Shown here: one piece after another, positions 18,944 through 26,916 of the stretch
How positions within the stretch are numbered: the stretch's first letter is position 1
How the letters are laid out: the number at the start of each line of letters is the position of its first letter
Source of the DNA: Patescibacteria group bacterium
Lineage (GTDB): Bacteria > Patescibacteriota > Minisyncoccia > Phycocordibacterales > UBA9973
Length of the DNA: 64,000 nt
Direction of reading: 5' to 3'
Assembly: GCA_040388575.1 (NCBI GenBank)
Contig: JAZKBO010000004.1
Location: forward strand, 5,400 to 69,399
Notes under the pieces: model-generated
The model's database searches: none
Told to the model about the DNA's origin: nothing
The model's input: the letters and a program-made list of their open reading frames with translations, nothing else
Program-made: the position numbers and the translations under genes

Positions 18944-19015
18944 CTCCGGGGGTAGGGATCGAACCTACGACCAATCGCTTAACAGGCGACCGCTCTACCG
19001 CTGAGCTACCCCGGA
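18944..19015 (-). tRNA. tRNA-Asn(GTT)
   Basis: TCCGGGG/CCCCGGA acceptor stem; anticodon arm GTCGC-CTGTTAA-GCGAT; GGTTCGATCC. Confidence 0.95.
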
Positions 19016-19107
19016 ATGGGTTTATCTCTAAAGAACCTTATCATATTAACAGAAATCTAATAAAAAACAACGCTAATTTGGATTAAAGAAATAAATTTTT
19101 TGAGTCG

Positions 19108-19136
19108 TTGACAAAGCCCTTGGAGGCGCCTATTCT
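19108..19136 (+). promoter_or_regulatory. Sigma70-type promoter of cassette A
   Basis: TTGACA-17nt-TATTCT. Confidence 0.65.
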
Positions 19137-19175
19137 GAATAAGAACTATCAATTGTAGACAGAAGGGAGAACTGT

Positions 19176-19730
19176 ATGATGCTCTTTGCTGCATTTGCCT
19201 TGACCGCCGTTATGAACAGCGGCTCCGGGTGTAAACCGGCAGACCTACCGAAGGAATTGACGCGGGCGGCTTGGGAGCCGTACCTCAACGCCACATTCCA
19301 TCAGTGCTTCGACCAGCTTGGTACAGACGTGGCCAAGTTCGGGGTGGTAGTGCGGAAACAGTCCAACGTGGCAACACTGGACTGTTCGGACCTGAAGCTC
19401 GGGTGTGTCGTCATTGTGAGCGATGACATACTCACCGCGGGGCTCGACCCAGGCGCAGTCGCATTCGTGCTGGGTCACGAAGCCGCACACATTCGGCTGC
19501 GCCATCCAGACTTCGCGATGATGGGTGGTATTGAGGTCGAATTCGCAGCTGATAGTTTGGCTGCAGAATCTATCGCTCAAGGCGCCTGCTACGGCGCCCG
19601 TGCCACGGATTGGGTAATGTCCCGTTACGTGAAGACAATAGGGGCTGAAGACAAAACCACAGAAGCAATGTGGTATCGGCGAATCGCCCTCCTCGGCCAG
19701 TGCGGACTTGGTGCCACTCGTTCTCGCTGA
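19176..19730 (+). CDS. GC-rich orphan, exported M48-like zinc metallopeptidase (cassette A)
   Basis: Hydrophobic N-terminus ending GSGC; AFVLGHEAAHI..RH (HExxH); downstream EFAAD; GGGAGA SD. Confidence 0.75.
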   Translation: MMLFAAFALTAVMNSGSGCKPADLPKELTRAAWEPYLNATFHQCFDQLGTDVAKFGVVVRKQSNVATLDCSDLKLGCVVIVSDDILTAGLDPGAVAFVLGHEAAHIRLRHPDFAMMGGIEVEFAADSLAAESIAQGACYGARATDWVMSRYVKTIGAEDKTTEAMWYRRIALLGQCGLGATRSR

Positions 19731-19753
19731 AGAGTAGAAACAAACGGAACATC

Positions 19754-19799
19754 ATCGCCTCGATCAAAAGAAGTCGCTTCGACTTCCGGTCGGGGCGAT
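19754..19799 (+). terminator. Bulged hairpin/terminator after cassette A
   Basis: ATCGCCTCGATC-AAAA-GAAGTCG-CTT-CGACTTC-C-GGTCGGGGCGAT followed by ATTCTTTTT. Confidence 0.65.
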
Positions 19800-19906
19800 A
19801 TTCTTTTTATATAAGAAATTTCTGTATAGAAATTATGGAATTTTATCTCAAGTTCGAAGCCAGATTAGTTTTTGTAAATATTATATAGATTTGATATGAT
19901 TCATAT

Positions 19907-20185
19907 ATGAACAACGAAAGATTTAACTCATTGCGATCGCAACATATTAATACGCCAGAAAACATGACTGATGCTTTTAAAGCGTTGGAAGCAATAGTGA
20001 AGATAAAGAGTAGAGACAAATTTTACAATATTACTATTCCGGAATTAGATAGAATAGTAAAAGACAACCCCGATAAATTTCCTGGCGTCGCAGATGGTAC
20101 TGCGCTACTAAAAAAGCTTGCTCCCAATATCCGGGAGTTAAGAGCGAAGTTAAAATTACCCGAGAATATTGCCCGAGGATATTAA
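19907..20185 (+). CDS. Hypothetical protein (AT-rich orphan)
   Basis: 92-aa ORF with TATGAT-6nt-ATG. Confidence 0.7.
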   Translation: MNNERFNSLRSQHINTPENMTDAFKALEAIVKIKSRDKFYNITIPELDRIVKDNPDKFPGVADGTALLKKLAPNIRELRAKLKLPENIARGY

Positions 20186-20291
20186 AAAAACTTTACAATC
20201 AAGGCATTTTGGCTGGGAACTATTGACATTGACTTAATTTAATTACGTAGTAGGATAAACTCGAATTTCAGGTTCCTTTCAAGGAGGCTTT

Positions 20292-21092
20292 GTGACCACA
20301 CTCAAGTACGTGCTTCTCTCCATGGTGCTGGTGGCGATGGTGCCGAACATTTCAGCGGCTCAGCTCACACACAAAGACAAGGTCGTACCTCAGCCCGCAG
20401 ACGCCTGCCAAGAAGTAATCAGCTTGGCGTGTCAGGTCGAGTACGACGCGTGGTTCGCGGGAGATATGGAATGGCGCATGATATACATTCCCAACTCTCC
20501 GAACGAGAAGCTCATCCGCCGCGAAAAACTCAGATGGCTCAATTCACCGGTGCCGGTGAGGCGACCGTCCATTCCACTGTGGCTCGGGCCGCGTTGTTTA
20601 CCCGAGATGAGTTATCAGATCAAGTCGCCGATGTGTCAGGCATATGACGAGGCACTGAGATACGACTTCGTCGAGCACCTCGACAACACTTGGTCGAGCA
20701 AAACCTACACCACCCGCGTGCCGCTCAAAATTGGCGAGGGTAATGGGTTCATCGAGTACCTCTTCAGCCATCTTCACGTTGATGGAGTGCTATGGGATGG
20801 TTCCATTCAATTTGCCTTCGCTGGGACTCACTTGGAACTAGCCAAGGCCGGCCGTTACGGGATCTGGGGTGTGCCCGGGGTCATTTTCTTTCGGGAATGG
20901 AACGGGACCATAGTCATGAAAATGACTGAAGGTGCCGATGTGCACATTCGAAGCATACCCATCGGCCGATATTCGTTGCCGACATACTTCACAGTCGCGG
21001 CCCTCCTCGATGCCAACGAGGCTAAGGCTCGAAAACACGGAGTTGAGACCGGGACGGTGATAGTGGGCCTATCGTTCACTCTTTTGAAATAA
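20292..21092 (+). CDS. GC-rich orphan secreted protein (cassette B)
   Basis: TTGACT-16-TAGGAT promoter; AAGGAGG 4 nt before GTG; signal peptide (SAA-Q); beta-strand-rich C-terminal half. Confidence 0.75.
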   Translation: MTTLKYVLLSMVLVAMVPNISAAQLTHKDKVVPQPADACQEVISLACQVEYDAWFAGDMEWRMIYIPNSPNEKLIRREKLRWLNSPVPVRRPSIPLWLGPRCLPEMSYQIKSPMCQAYDEALRYDFVEHLDNTWSSKTYTTRVPLKIGEGNGFIEYLFSHLHVDGVLWDGSIQFAFAGTHLELAKAGRYGIWGVPGVIFFREWNGTIVMKMTEGADVHIRSIPIGRYSLPTYFTVAALLDANEAKARKHGVETGTVIVGLSFTLLK

Positions 21093-21105
21093 GAACAATG
21101 AAAAA

Positions 21106-21138
21106 AAACCCGCGACGGAGCTTGCTCCTCGCGGGTTT
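21106..21138 (+). terminator. Hairpin/terminator after cassette B
   Basis: AAACCCGCGA-C-GGAGC-TT-GCTCC-TCGCGGGTTT flanked by A and T tracts. Confidence 0.7.
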
Positions 21139-21201
21139 CGTCGTTTTTATGTTATAATTACTGAGGTCGATTAATTGTTACTAATCTTAATTATTTATTT
21201 T

Positions 21202-21348
21202 ATGTCTCTATCTTTAATGTCTATCGCAGAAATTGTTTTCTTCTTGGTTTTCGGTATCAGTAGTTTCTTTCCTTTTAAATACTCAAGGGAAATAGCCGCA
21301 ATCGCAGCTATCGTTATCGGTATCCTTTTATTGCTTGGTAAGTATTAG
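21202..21348 (+). CDS. Small two-TM membrane protein (48 aa; not in ORF track)
   Basis: MSLSLMSIAEIVFFLVFGISSFFPFKYSREIAAIAAIVIGILLLLGKY*. TATAAT upstream and an AAGACAAA...TTTGTCTT hairpin downstream. Confidence 0.7.
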   Translation: MSLSLMSIAEIVFFLVFGISSFFPFKYSREIAAIAAIVIGILLLLGKY

Positions 21349-21441
21349 TAGCTTCATATAGTAAGTAGTAATTGTATTAAGACAAAGGTTTTTTGTCTTT
21401 TTGTTATATCTTTTTATAAGCGTTTCTAGTAGAATATAATA

Positions 21442-22413
21442 ATGAAGAATATTTTTATAACAAGACAAATTCCTGGTAGTGGCATAAAAATGCTCGAGGA
21501 CAAGGGTTATAGCGTCACTGTGGGTAAATATAAAATTCCACCGACTCAAGAGAAAATAATTGAAGAATTAAAGGGTAAAAATTATGATGCTGTCATTACC
21601 CTCCTGACAGACAAAATAGATACACAAGTATTCGCTGCCTCCCCTACCACTAAAATATTTGCCAACTACGCAATTGGTTACGACAATATTGATTTAGATG
21701 CAGCCGCTGCCGCTAGCATAACCATCACCAATGCTCCGGGTAACTATACTGACGGCATTGCCCAACACGCCATAGCTCTCCTTCTTGCATTAATGGCGCG
21801 CCTAAATGAAGCCGATGCTTTCATGCGCGCTGGTAAATATACCGGCTGGGATCCAATGATTTTTATTGGTGACAAGCTGGAAGGTAAAACTGTAGCCATA
21901 ATCGGTACAGGTAGGATCGGCGGTGATGTAGCTAAGATGCTCCATGGTGGCTTTGGTGTGAAAATAATTTATTACGATGTAACAAAAAATGAAAATATCG
22001 AAAAGGAGTGTGGTGCGGAATTTGTACCTTCTGTAGATGACGCCTTAGCAAAGGCTGATGTTGTCAGTATTCATGTGCCGCTACTGCCCACCACCCAACA
22101 CCTGATCAATAAAGAAAACTTGAAGAAGATGAAGCCAACTGCTTACCTTATTAACACCTCTCGTGGACCGGTAGTAGATGAAGTAGCGCTGGTAGAGGCA
22201 CTAAAGAACGGCACAATACGCGGTGCAGGATTAGATGTGTATGAATTTGAGCCAAAGCTTGCTGAAGGTCTAGCGCAACTCCCCAACACTGTACTAACTC
22301 CTCACATTGCCTCCGCTCAAAATGACTCTCGTGAAGAAATGTCTAAAGTTGTAGCGGAAAACGTTATCGACTTTCTGGAAGGTAAAATTCCTAAAAATAA
22401 AGTAAGTAAATAG
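21442..22413 (+). CDS. D-isomer-specific 2-hydroxyacid dehydrogenase (glyoxylate reductase/D-glycerate dehydrogenase-like)
   Basis: GYDNID, GTGRIG, INTSRGPVVDE, GLDVYEFEP, TPHIAS. Confidence 0.92.
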   Translation: MKNIFITRQIPGSGIKMLEDKGYSVTVGKYKIPPTQEKIIEELKGKNYDAVITLLTDKIDTQVFAASPTTKIFANYAIGYDNIDLDAAAAASITITNAPGNYTDGIAQHAIALLLALMARLNEADAFMRAGKYTGWDPMIFIGDKLEGKTVAIIGTGRIGGDVAKMLHGGFGVKIIYYDVTKNENIEKECGAEFVPSVDDALAKADVVSIHVPLLPTTQHLINKENLKKMKPTAYLINTSRGPVVDEVALVEALKNGTIRGAGLDVYEFEPKLAEGLAQLPNTVLTPHIASAQNDSREEMSKVVAENVIDFLEGKIPKNKVSK

Positions 22414-22414
22414 T

Positions 22415-22492
22415 AAAAAACAAAGGCCCCCTTGCGGGGGCCTTTGCGGCACATATGAAGTTTCGATAAAGATGAGTTAACCTCACCCTCAC
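22415..22492 (-). ncRNA. Candidate small RNA divergent from rnpB
   Basis: TTGCAA-17-TATACT promoter, 5' hairpin and a perfect terminator about 75 nt downstream. Confidence 0.45.
22421..22446 (-). terminator. Intrinsic terminator (U-tract on minus strand)
   Basis: Minus strand reads CAAAGGCCCCC-GCAA-GGGGGCCTTTG then TTTTTT. Confidence 0.8.
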
Positions 22493-22556
22493 AATTAGAG
22501 TATAGCATACTTTTAAAAAAATTGCAAGCAAGGGGAATATATGCAATAATACTAGG

Positions 22557-22845
22557 GTAGGTGTTGGGTAATTACTCCGACCCAGGTCGGAGAGGAAAGT
22601 CCGAACACACAGCCTTTTAATAGGCAAACGTAGCGGGTAACGCCCGCCGGCAGCAATGCTCGAGGTGCGAACAGTGACGAACCGATTTAGTTCGGGTGAA
22701 ACGGCAAAATCCTTACGCGTGTGCAAGATCGTGCCCTAGCGCAAGTTGGGGAGAATCGCTTGAGCCTGTCAGTAATGGCTGGCCTAGATAAATTGTTACC
22801 GTCCACCGCAAGGTGAACCACAGAATTCGGCTTATAAACACCTAC
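22557..22845 (+). ncRNA. rnpB: RNase P RNA (compact, about 290 nt)
   Basis: GAGGAAAGTCC and ACAGAATTCGGCTTAT universal motifs; P1 helix GTAGGTGTT/AACACCTAC; followed by hairpin CTCCGCC-CCAAA-GGCGGAG. Confidence 0.95.
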
Positions 22846-22892
22846 AAGAAAATGAGAGCTCCGCCCCAAAGGCGGAGTTTTCTCTTTTTAGC

Positions 22893-23351
22893 CTAATAGC
22901 CGAACAGCACTTCATCCCCTACTTTTATATTATGTGCATCGGTAAATCCAGCATTAACTTCGAGGACGTATTTAGAATTTTCATCGGTACCAAAACTCTC
23001 TAATACTCCCGAGGGTTGTGCATTCTTTTTTATGTAAATTACATGGAGGTCTTCACTAAGCCAGATCATATCGAGTGGAAAATTCATGCCCTTCATCCAG
23101 AAGTAATATTTACCAGGGCGGTTGAAGATAAAAAGCATCCCGGCATCATTGGCGAGGCTGCTCCTGCCACCGAGCCCTAGCTCTTGCTCGGCGCTCGTCT
23201 GTGCTAAATCAACACTTACCTTAACACCGCCGATATTAACCGATTTAATTTCCGGCACGCCAGAGTTTTTTGGGGAATAATTAACTAGAAAAAATATAGT
23301 GACAAAAAAAATAAAAATTAGGGCAATACTCGTTCCAATTTTTTTATTCAT
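22893..23351 (-). CDS. DUF192 domain protein
   Basis: N-terminal TM; GMLFIF, FWMKGMNFPLDMIW, YVLEVNAG. Confidence 0.9.
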   Translation of the reverse strand: MNKKIGTSIALIFIFFVTIFFLVNYSPKNSGVPEIKSVNIGGVKVSVDLAQTSAEQELGLGGRSSLANDAGMLFIFNRPGKYYFWMKGMNFPLDMIWLSEDLHVIYIKKNAQPSGVLESFGTDENSKYVLEVNAGFTDAHNIKVGDEVLFGY

Positions 23352-23353
23352 AA

Positions 23354-24763
23354 CTATTTATGGTCGCCATTAGTCCAGCCGAACATTTTACCAATAGTTT
23401 CCGCGGACTCACGCTTGCGGATAATTTGAATAGTACCATTCTGCGCGCTTATTTTCATGGGCAGTGACAGCAAGCAATGATGTGAGGACAAGCCTTCCTG
23501 GTACGCGCCAGTGTCGAGTACCGCCACAAATTGATCTTGATCTTCATGCAGCTTAGGCAAGAGGACGTAGTTACCGCCGTCGGTGTATTTATCATCAGAG
23601 TCACAAGTACTGCCCGCAAGCCAAGTAGTTTTCAGTGGTGAGTGCATATTATTCGCTGGAATGATATGCCACTTCTGGTGTATCGCCCAAGTGTCTTTCA
23701 AGTCATTCATAAAGCTACCGTCCACCACATACCAAGCCTTGGCATTAGCTGTCGGGATATTCTTTTCCGAAATTACTTTATATAGAGTTACCTGCGCCGG
23801 AGCCGCGATATAACGCCCCCACTCTACTGCTAGGTTCGGGTGCTTAACACCGGCTTTATCAGCTAAATTCTTTAGAACTTTTACTATTTTACTAGACACG
23901 CCTTTAGCAGTGTAGAATTTCTTCCTCTCATATGGAATGCCAAAGCCGCCGCCGATGTCTAGAGTGTCGAGCGATGGGTGAGTTTTTTGTAATTCTACAT
24001 AAATCCCGAAGGCATGCTTAATGGCATCAATAATACTTTTTTGGGTTTTGATTTGGCTACCTACATGGTAGTGCATTATTTTTAGATTCTTCATTTTACT
24101 CAAATCGAGTGCATCTTTTTCTGAAAGCCCGAAGAGGTCGAACTTTTTGTCCCAGTGGGTGTCAGTTTTAACGGTTAAATTCACTCGCAGGCCAATGTCG
24201 CCTTTATGCTTTGAAACTCTTTCTACTTCTTCGAGGGATTCAATAATCGGAACAATGTTCATGCCCTTAGCGCGCAGCTCTTCAATCAAGTCTAGGTATT
24301 GGTCAGTCTTCGGGCCATTACAAAGCACACGAATTTTAGTATGGAATCTCTCACCCTCCCAAAGCTTCTTCACTATCCAGAGCTCATTTGCTGAAGTAAC
24401 TTCAAGATTGGCACCTTCAGAGAGCAGTGGAAGCAGGAATTCTTTATTCTGGTTCACTTTCATTGGATAGTGATAGAAGAATTTGCCCTTATAGCCATAG
24501 ATCTTCATGTATGCTTGAAAATACCCGATCAAGTCCTTGAGCAAGTCTTCAATAATGAATGGAAAGGTTATCTGTAGTGGCGTGCCGTACTTGGCCGCCA
24601 AATCATTTAAATTATAAATATGATGGCCTTCATTAGCTGTAAGCTCGCCATCTTTATTCACGCCGAAAAACTGAGTGTTGAATTCCTCTATTCCTAGTTT
24701 CCAAAATCTCCTCCAGTTCTTTGCAAATTTCTTTTGCTTTTTAGTTTTTCTATTTTTCTTCAC
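23354..24763 (-). CDS. Fold-type III PLP decarboxylase, arginine decarboxylase-like
   Basis: YPMKVNQ (PLP Lys, SpeA-like), HYHVGSQI, DIGGG, TCDSD, GAYQE. Confidence 0.8.
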   Translation of the reverse strand: MKKNRKTKKQKKFAKNWRRFWKLGIEEFNTQFFGVNKDGELTANEGHHIYNLNDLAAKYGTPLQITFPFIIEDLLKDLIGYFQAYMKIYGYKGKFFYHYPMKVNQNKEFLLPLLSEGANLEVTSANELWIVKKLWEGERFHTKIRVLCNGPKTDQYLDLIEELRAKGMNIVPIIESLEEVERVSKHKGDIGLRVNLTVKTDTHWDKKFDLFGLSEKDALDLSKMKNLKIMHYHVGSQIKTQKSIIDAIKHAFGIYVELQKTHPSLDTLDIGGGFGIPYERKKFYTAKGVSSKIVKVLKNLADKAGVKHPNLAVEWGRYIAAPAQVTLYKVISEKNIPTANAKAWYVVDGSFMNDLKDTWAIHQKWHIIPANNMHSPLKTTWLAGSTCDSDDKYTDGGNYVLLPKLHEDQDQFVAVLDTGAYQEGLSSHHCLLSLPMKISAQNGTIQIIRKRESAETIGKMFGWTNGDHK

Positions 24764-24832
24764 CGTAATCAGGTTAAATTAGTATACCCCCAGCCTTTTG
24801 CAATGTAAATACTTTACTCTAGTATTATACAC

Positions 24833-26125
24833 CTAACTTAGATTTTTGTCAAGATTAAGATACTCTTTTAGAAAGGTTTCCTTAAATTCAAAAAAGTTAT
24901 CGTCAAGAATTGATTGTCGGATTTTTTTAACTAGGTTAACTATGAAGTATAGATTGTGGGTCGAGGCCAGTGTGCCTGCGAGCATTTCTTTGCCGTGAAA
25001 TAAATGCGCTATGTAGGCACGAGTATAATTTTTACATGCATAACAGCCGCAATCTTTTTCGATCGGGTTAAAGTCCTCGCGGAATGCTTTGTTCATTATT
25101 ATTATCTTCCCTTCCTTAGTATATATAGTGCCATTCCTGCCTAGGCGTGTTGGTGCCACACAGTCAAATAGGTCCACACCATTCTCCACCCCCTCAAATA
25201 AATCCTCTGGCTCCCCTATCCCGAGCAAGTGCCGCGGCTTGCCCTCCGGTAGAATTTCATTCACCCATTTTACAGCGCTAGACATATCTTCCTTCGCGAA
25301 TGAGCCGCCGATTCCGTAGCCATCAAAATCCAAACCTTTTAAAAACTCCGCTGACTTTTTTCTAAGTCCTTCATCTCGCCCACCTTGCACGATACCGAAG
25401 AGAGCGGAAGAAAATACTTTTTGAGAAGCGACGGGTGGGGGCGTGCCATCGCGAAGCGATGGGGTTAAGGAGCTTTGAGAAAAGGTATTTTCTGCAGCGA
25501 GTAATCTCTGATGTTCTTCTAAGCTTCGTTTGGCCCACAAATGAGTACGCTCCAAAGCTTCATCTTGATATTTCAAGTCCTCTGCTGGTGAAGTGCACTC
25601 ATCAAAAGCAAAAATAATATCCGCGCCTAAGTTATGCTGTATCTGAATAGACTTCTCCGGAGTAATGTAATGGATCGAACCATCCAGGTGCGACTTGAAT
25701 GAAACCCCATCCTGCCCTATCTTGGCCAGCCGTGGTGCTAATGCATCATCAAATCGCTCCGGAATCATGAGCGATGGATCAGTAATTTTTACAATTTTCG
25801 AAATGTCTTTGCCATATGCAGCACCGAGCGAGAATACTTGGAATCCACCCGAATCCGTTATGGTTGGTCCATGCCACCCCATAAACTTACCCATACCTCC
25901 AGCTCTCGCCACCAACTCATCCCCAGGCTGTAAATATAAATGGTAAGTATTCCCCAGCACCACCTCTGCACCCACTTCAGCCACCATATCTGGCGTGAGT
26001 GACTTTACAGTGGCCTTCGTCCCCACTGGCACAAAAGCGGGAGTATGAATAACGCCGTGTGCCGTTTGGATAACCCCCGCTCTTCCGAGCGCTCCTTTTA
26101 ATTTTTTCTCAATCTTAAATTCCAT
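24833..26125 (-). CDS. tgt: tRNA-guanine transglycosylase (with in-frame insert)
   Basis: TPAFVPVGT, TDSGGFQVFSL, FGIVQGG, FDCVAPTR, CGCYAC zinc site. Confidence 0.95.
   Translation of the reverse strand: MEFKIEKKLKGALGRAGVIQTAHGVIHTPAFVPVGTKATVKSLTPDMVAEVGAEVVLGNTYHLYLQPGDELVARAGGMGKFMGWHGPTITDSGGFQVFSLGAAYGKDISKIVKITDPSLMIPERFDDALAPRLAKIGQDGVSFKSHLDGSIHYITPEKSIQIQHNLGADIIFAFDECTSPAEDLKYQDEALERTHLWAKRSLEEHQRLLAAENTFSQSSLTPSLRDGTPPPVASQKVFSSALFGIVQGGRDEGLRKKSAEFLKGLDFDGYGIGGSFAKEDMSSAVKWVNEILPEGKPRHLLGIGEPEDLFEGVENGVDLFDCVAPTRLGRNGTIYTKEGKIIIMNKAFREDFNPIEKDCGCYACKNYTRAYIAHLFHGKEMLAGTLASTHNLYFIVNLVKKIRQSILDDNFFEFKETFLKEYLNLDKNLS
25404..25498. repeat. Palindromic in-frame element inside tgt
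   Basis: Terminal inverted repeats AGAAAATACTTTTT / AAAAGGTATTTTCT and inner hairpin CCATCGC-GAA-GCGATGG. Confidence 0.65.
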
Positions 26126-26916
26126 TACCTTTGTACTTCCACAAACTTTAGTTCGAAAATATTTACGGGGCTCACCAGGAGTGCTTTGGTAAAGGCGTCC
26201 CGCGGGTCGGTAATTATTGTACTAACTGTCCCTACTACGTTTGGAGATATTCCGGGCAGAACAACATTGGCACCTTTGTCGATGGAAAAGTCGCGTGGCA
26301 CCACCATTTCAAAATTCCCACCACCCCGACCGACAATCGACATAAATACGCTCCGGCCTTCGATTACAATTTCAGTTTTCTCGCCAGGATTTGAAAATAA
26401 AACTACTTTTGAAGTTGTTGCATCCACCTCACTCACTCGGCCAATAGGCACATTACCTAGGGCTAAAACCAAATTCCCCACGGAGAGGTTTTGATTTTTA
26501 CCTGCATCGATTACTAGCGTGTCATATGGGCTTTGATTAGGTTTAGCTAATATTGCAGCTAGAACTAAATTGGCTTGTTCCTTTTTCCTACCAAGAACAT
26601 CTTTCAATTGATTATTCTCATCAAGTAGCGCGTTATAATTTGCCATCGTAGCATCCTTCTCCCCCAATTCTTGCTTCAAGGTATTATTTTCATTAATGAG
26701 AGAATTTTTAGAAGTGAAAAAGGAAAATATATTTGAAAATTTACTACCAGTATTATTGCCCATAACTATTACTGGGTGGAAAATTGCGTTGGATACATAG
26801 GAAAGCCCACCGAATACACTGCTTCGAAAATAAAAAATAATAACTAAAAATAGGAAGGCTCCCACAGCTACCCATGTTTTTTTGTTTTTTGTTTTTTTAT
26901 CTTGGAGGTAACTCAT
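26125..26916 (-). CDS. mreC: Rod shape-determining protein MreC
   Basis: TM, coiled coil (ENNQLKDVLG), beta domain (LVIDAG); downstream of mreB. Confidence 0.88.
   Translation of the reverse strand: MSYLQDKKTKNKKTWVAVGAFLFLVIIFYFRSSVFGGLSYVSNAIFHPVIVMGNNTGSKFSNIFSFFTSKNSLINENNTLKQELGEKDATMANYNALLDENNQLKDVLGRKKEQANLVLAAILAKPNQSPYDTLVIDAGKNQNLSVGNLVLALGNVPIGRVSEVDATTSKVVLFSNPGEKTEIVIEGRSVFMSIVGRGGGNFEMVVPRDFSIDKGANVVLPGISPNVVGTVSTIITDPRDAFTKALLVSPVNIFELKFVEVQR

Noticed and set aside
19754-21138. Bulged hairpins after cassettes as possible integron attC sites
   Set aside because: No RYYYAAC...GTTRRRY ends, no integrase in the window, and each cassette has its own promoter.
18848-21150. tRNA-anchored prophage or genomic island
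   Set aside because: The orphans lie on the 5' side of the tRNAs; no duplicated tRNA 3' end, integrase or phage genes were seen.
22391-22869. Minus-strand ORFs of 111 and 60 aa
   Set aside because: Antisense to RNase P RNA.
25760-25830. Second apparent insertion in tgt after FQVFSLG
   Set aside because: This region is length-variable in TGTs and shows no DNA palindrome, unlike the 25404-25498 insert.
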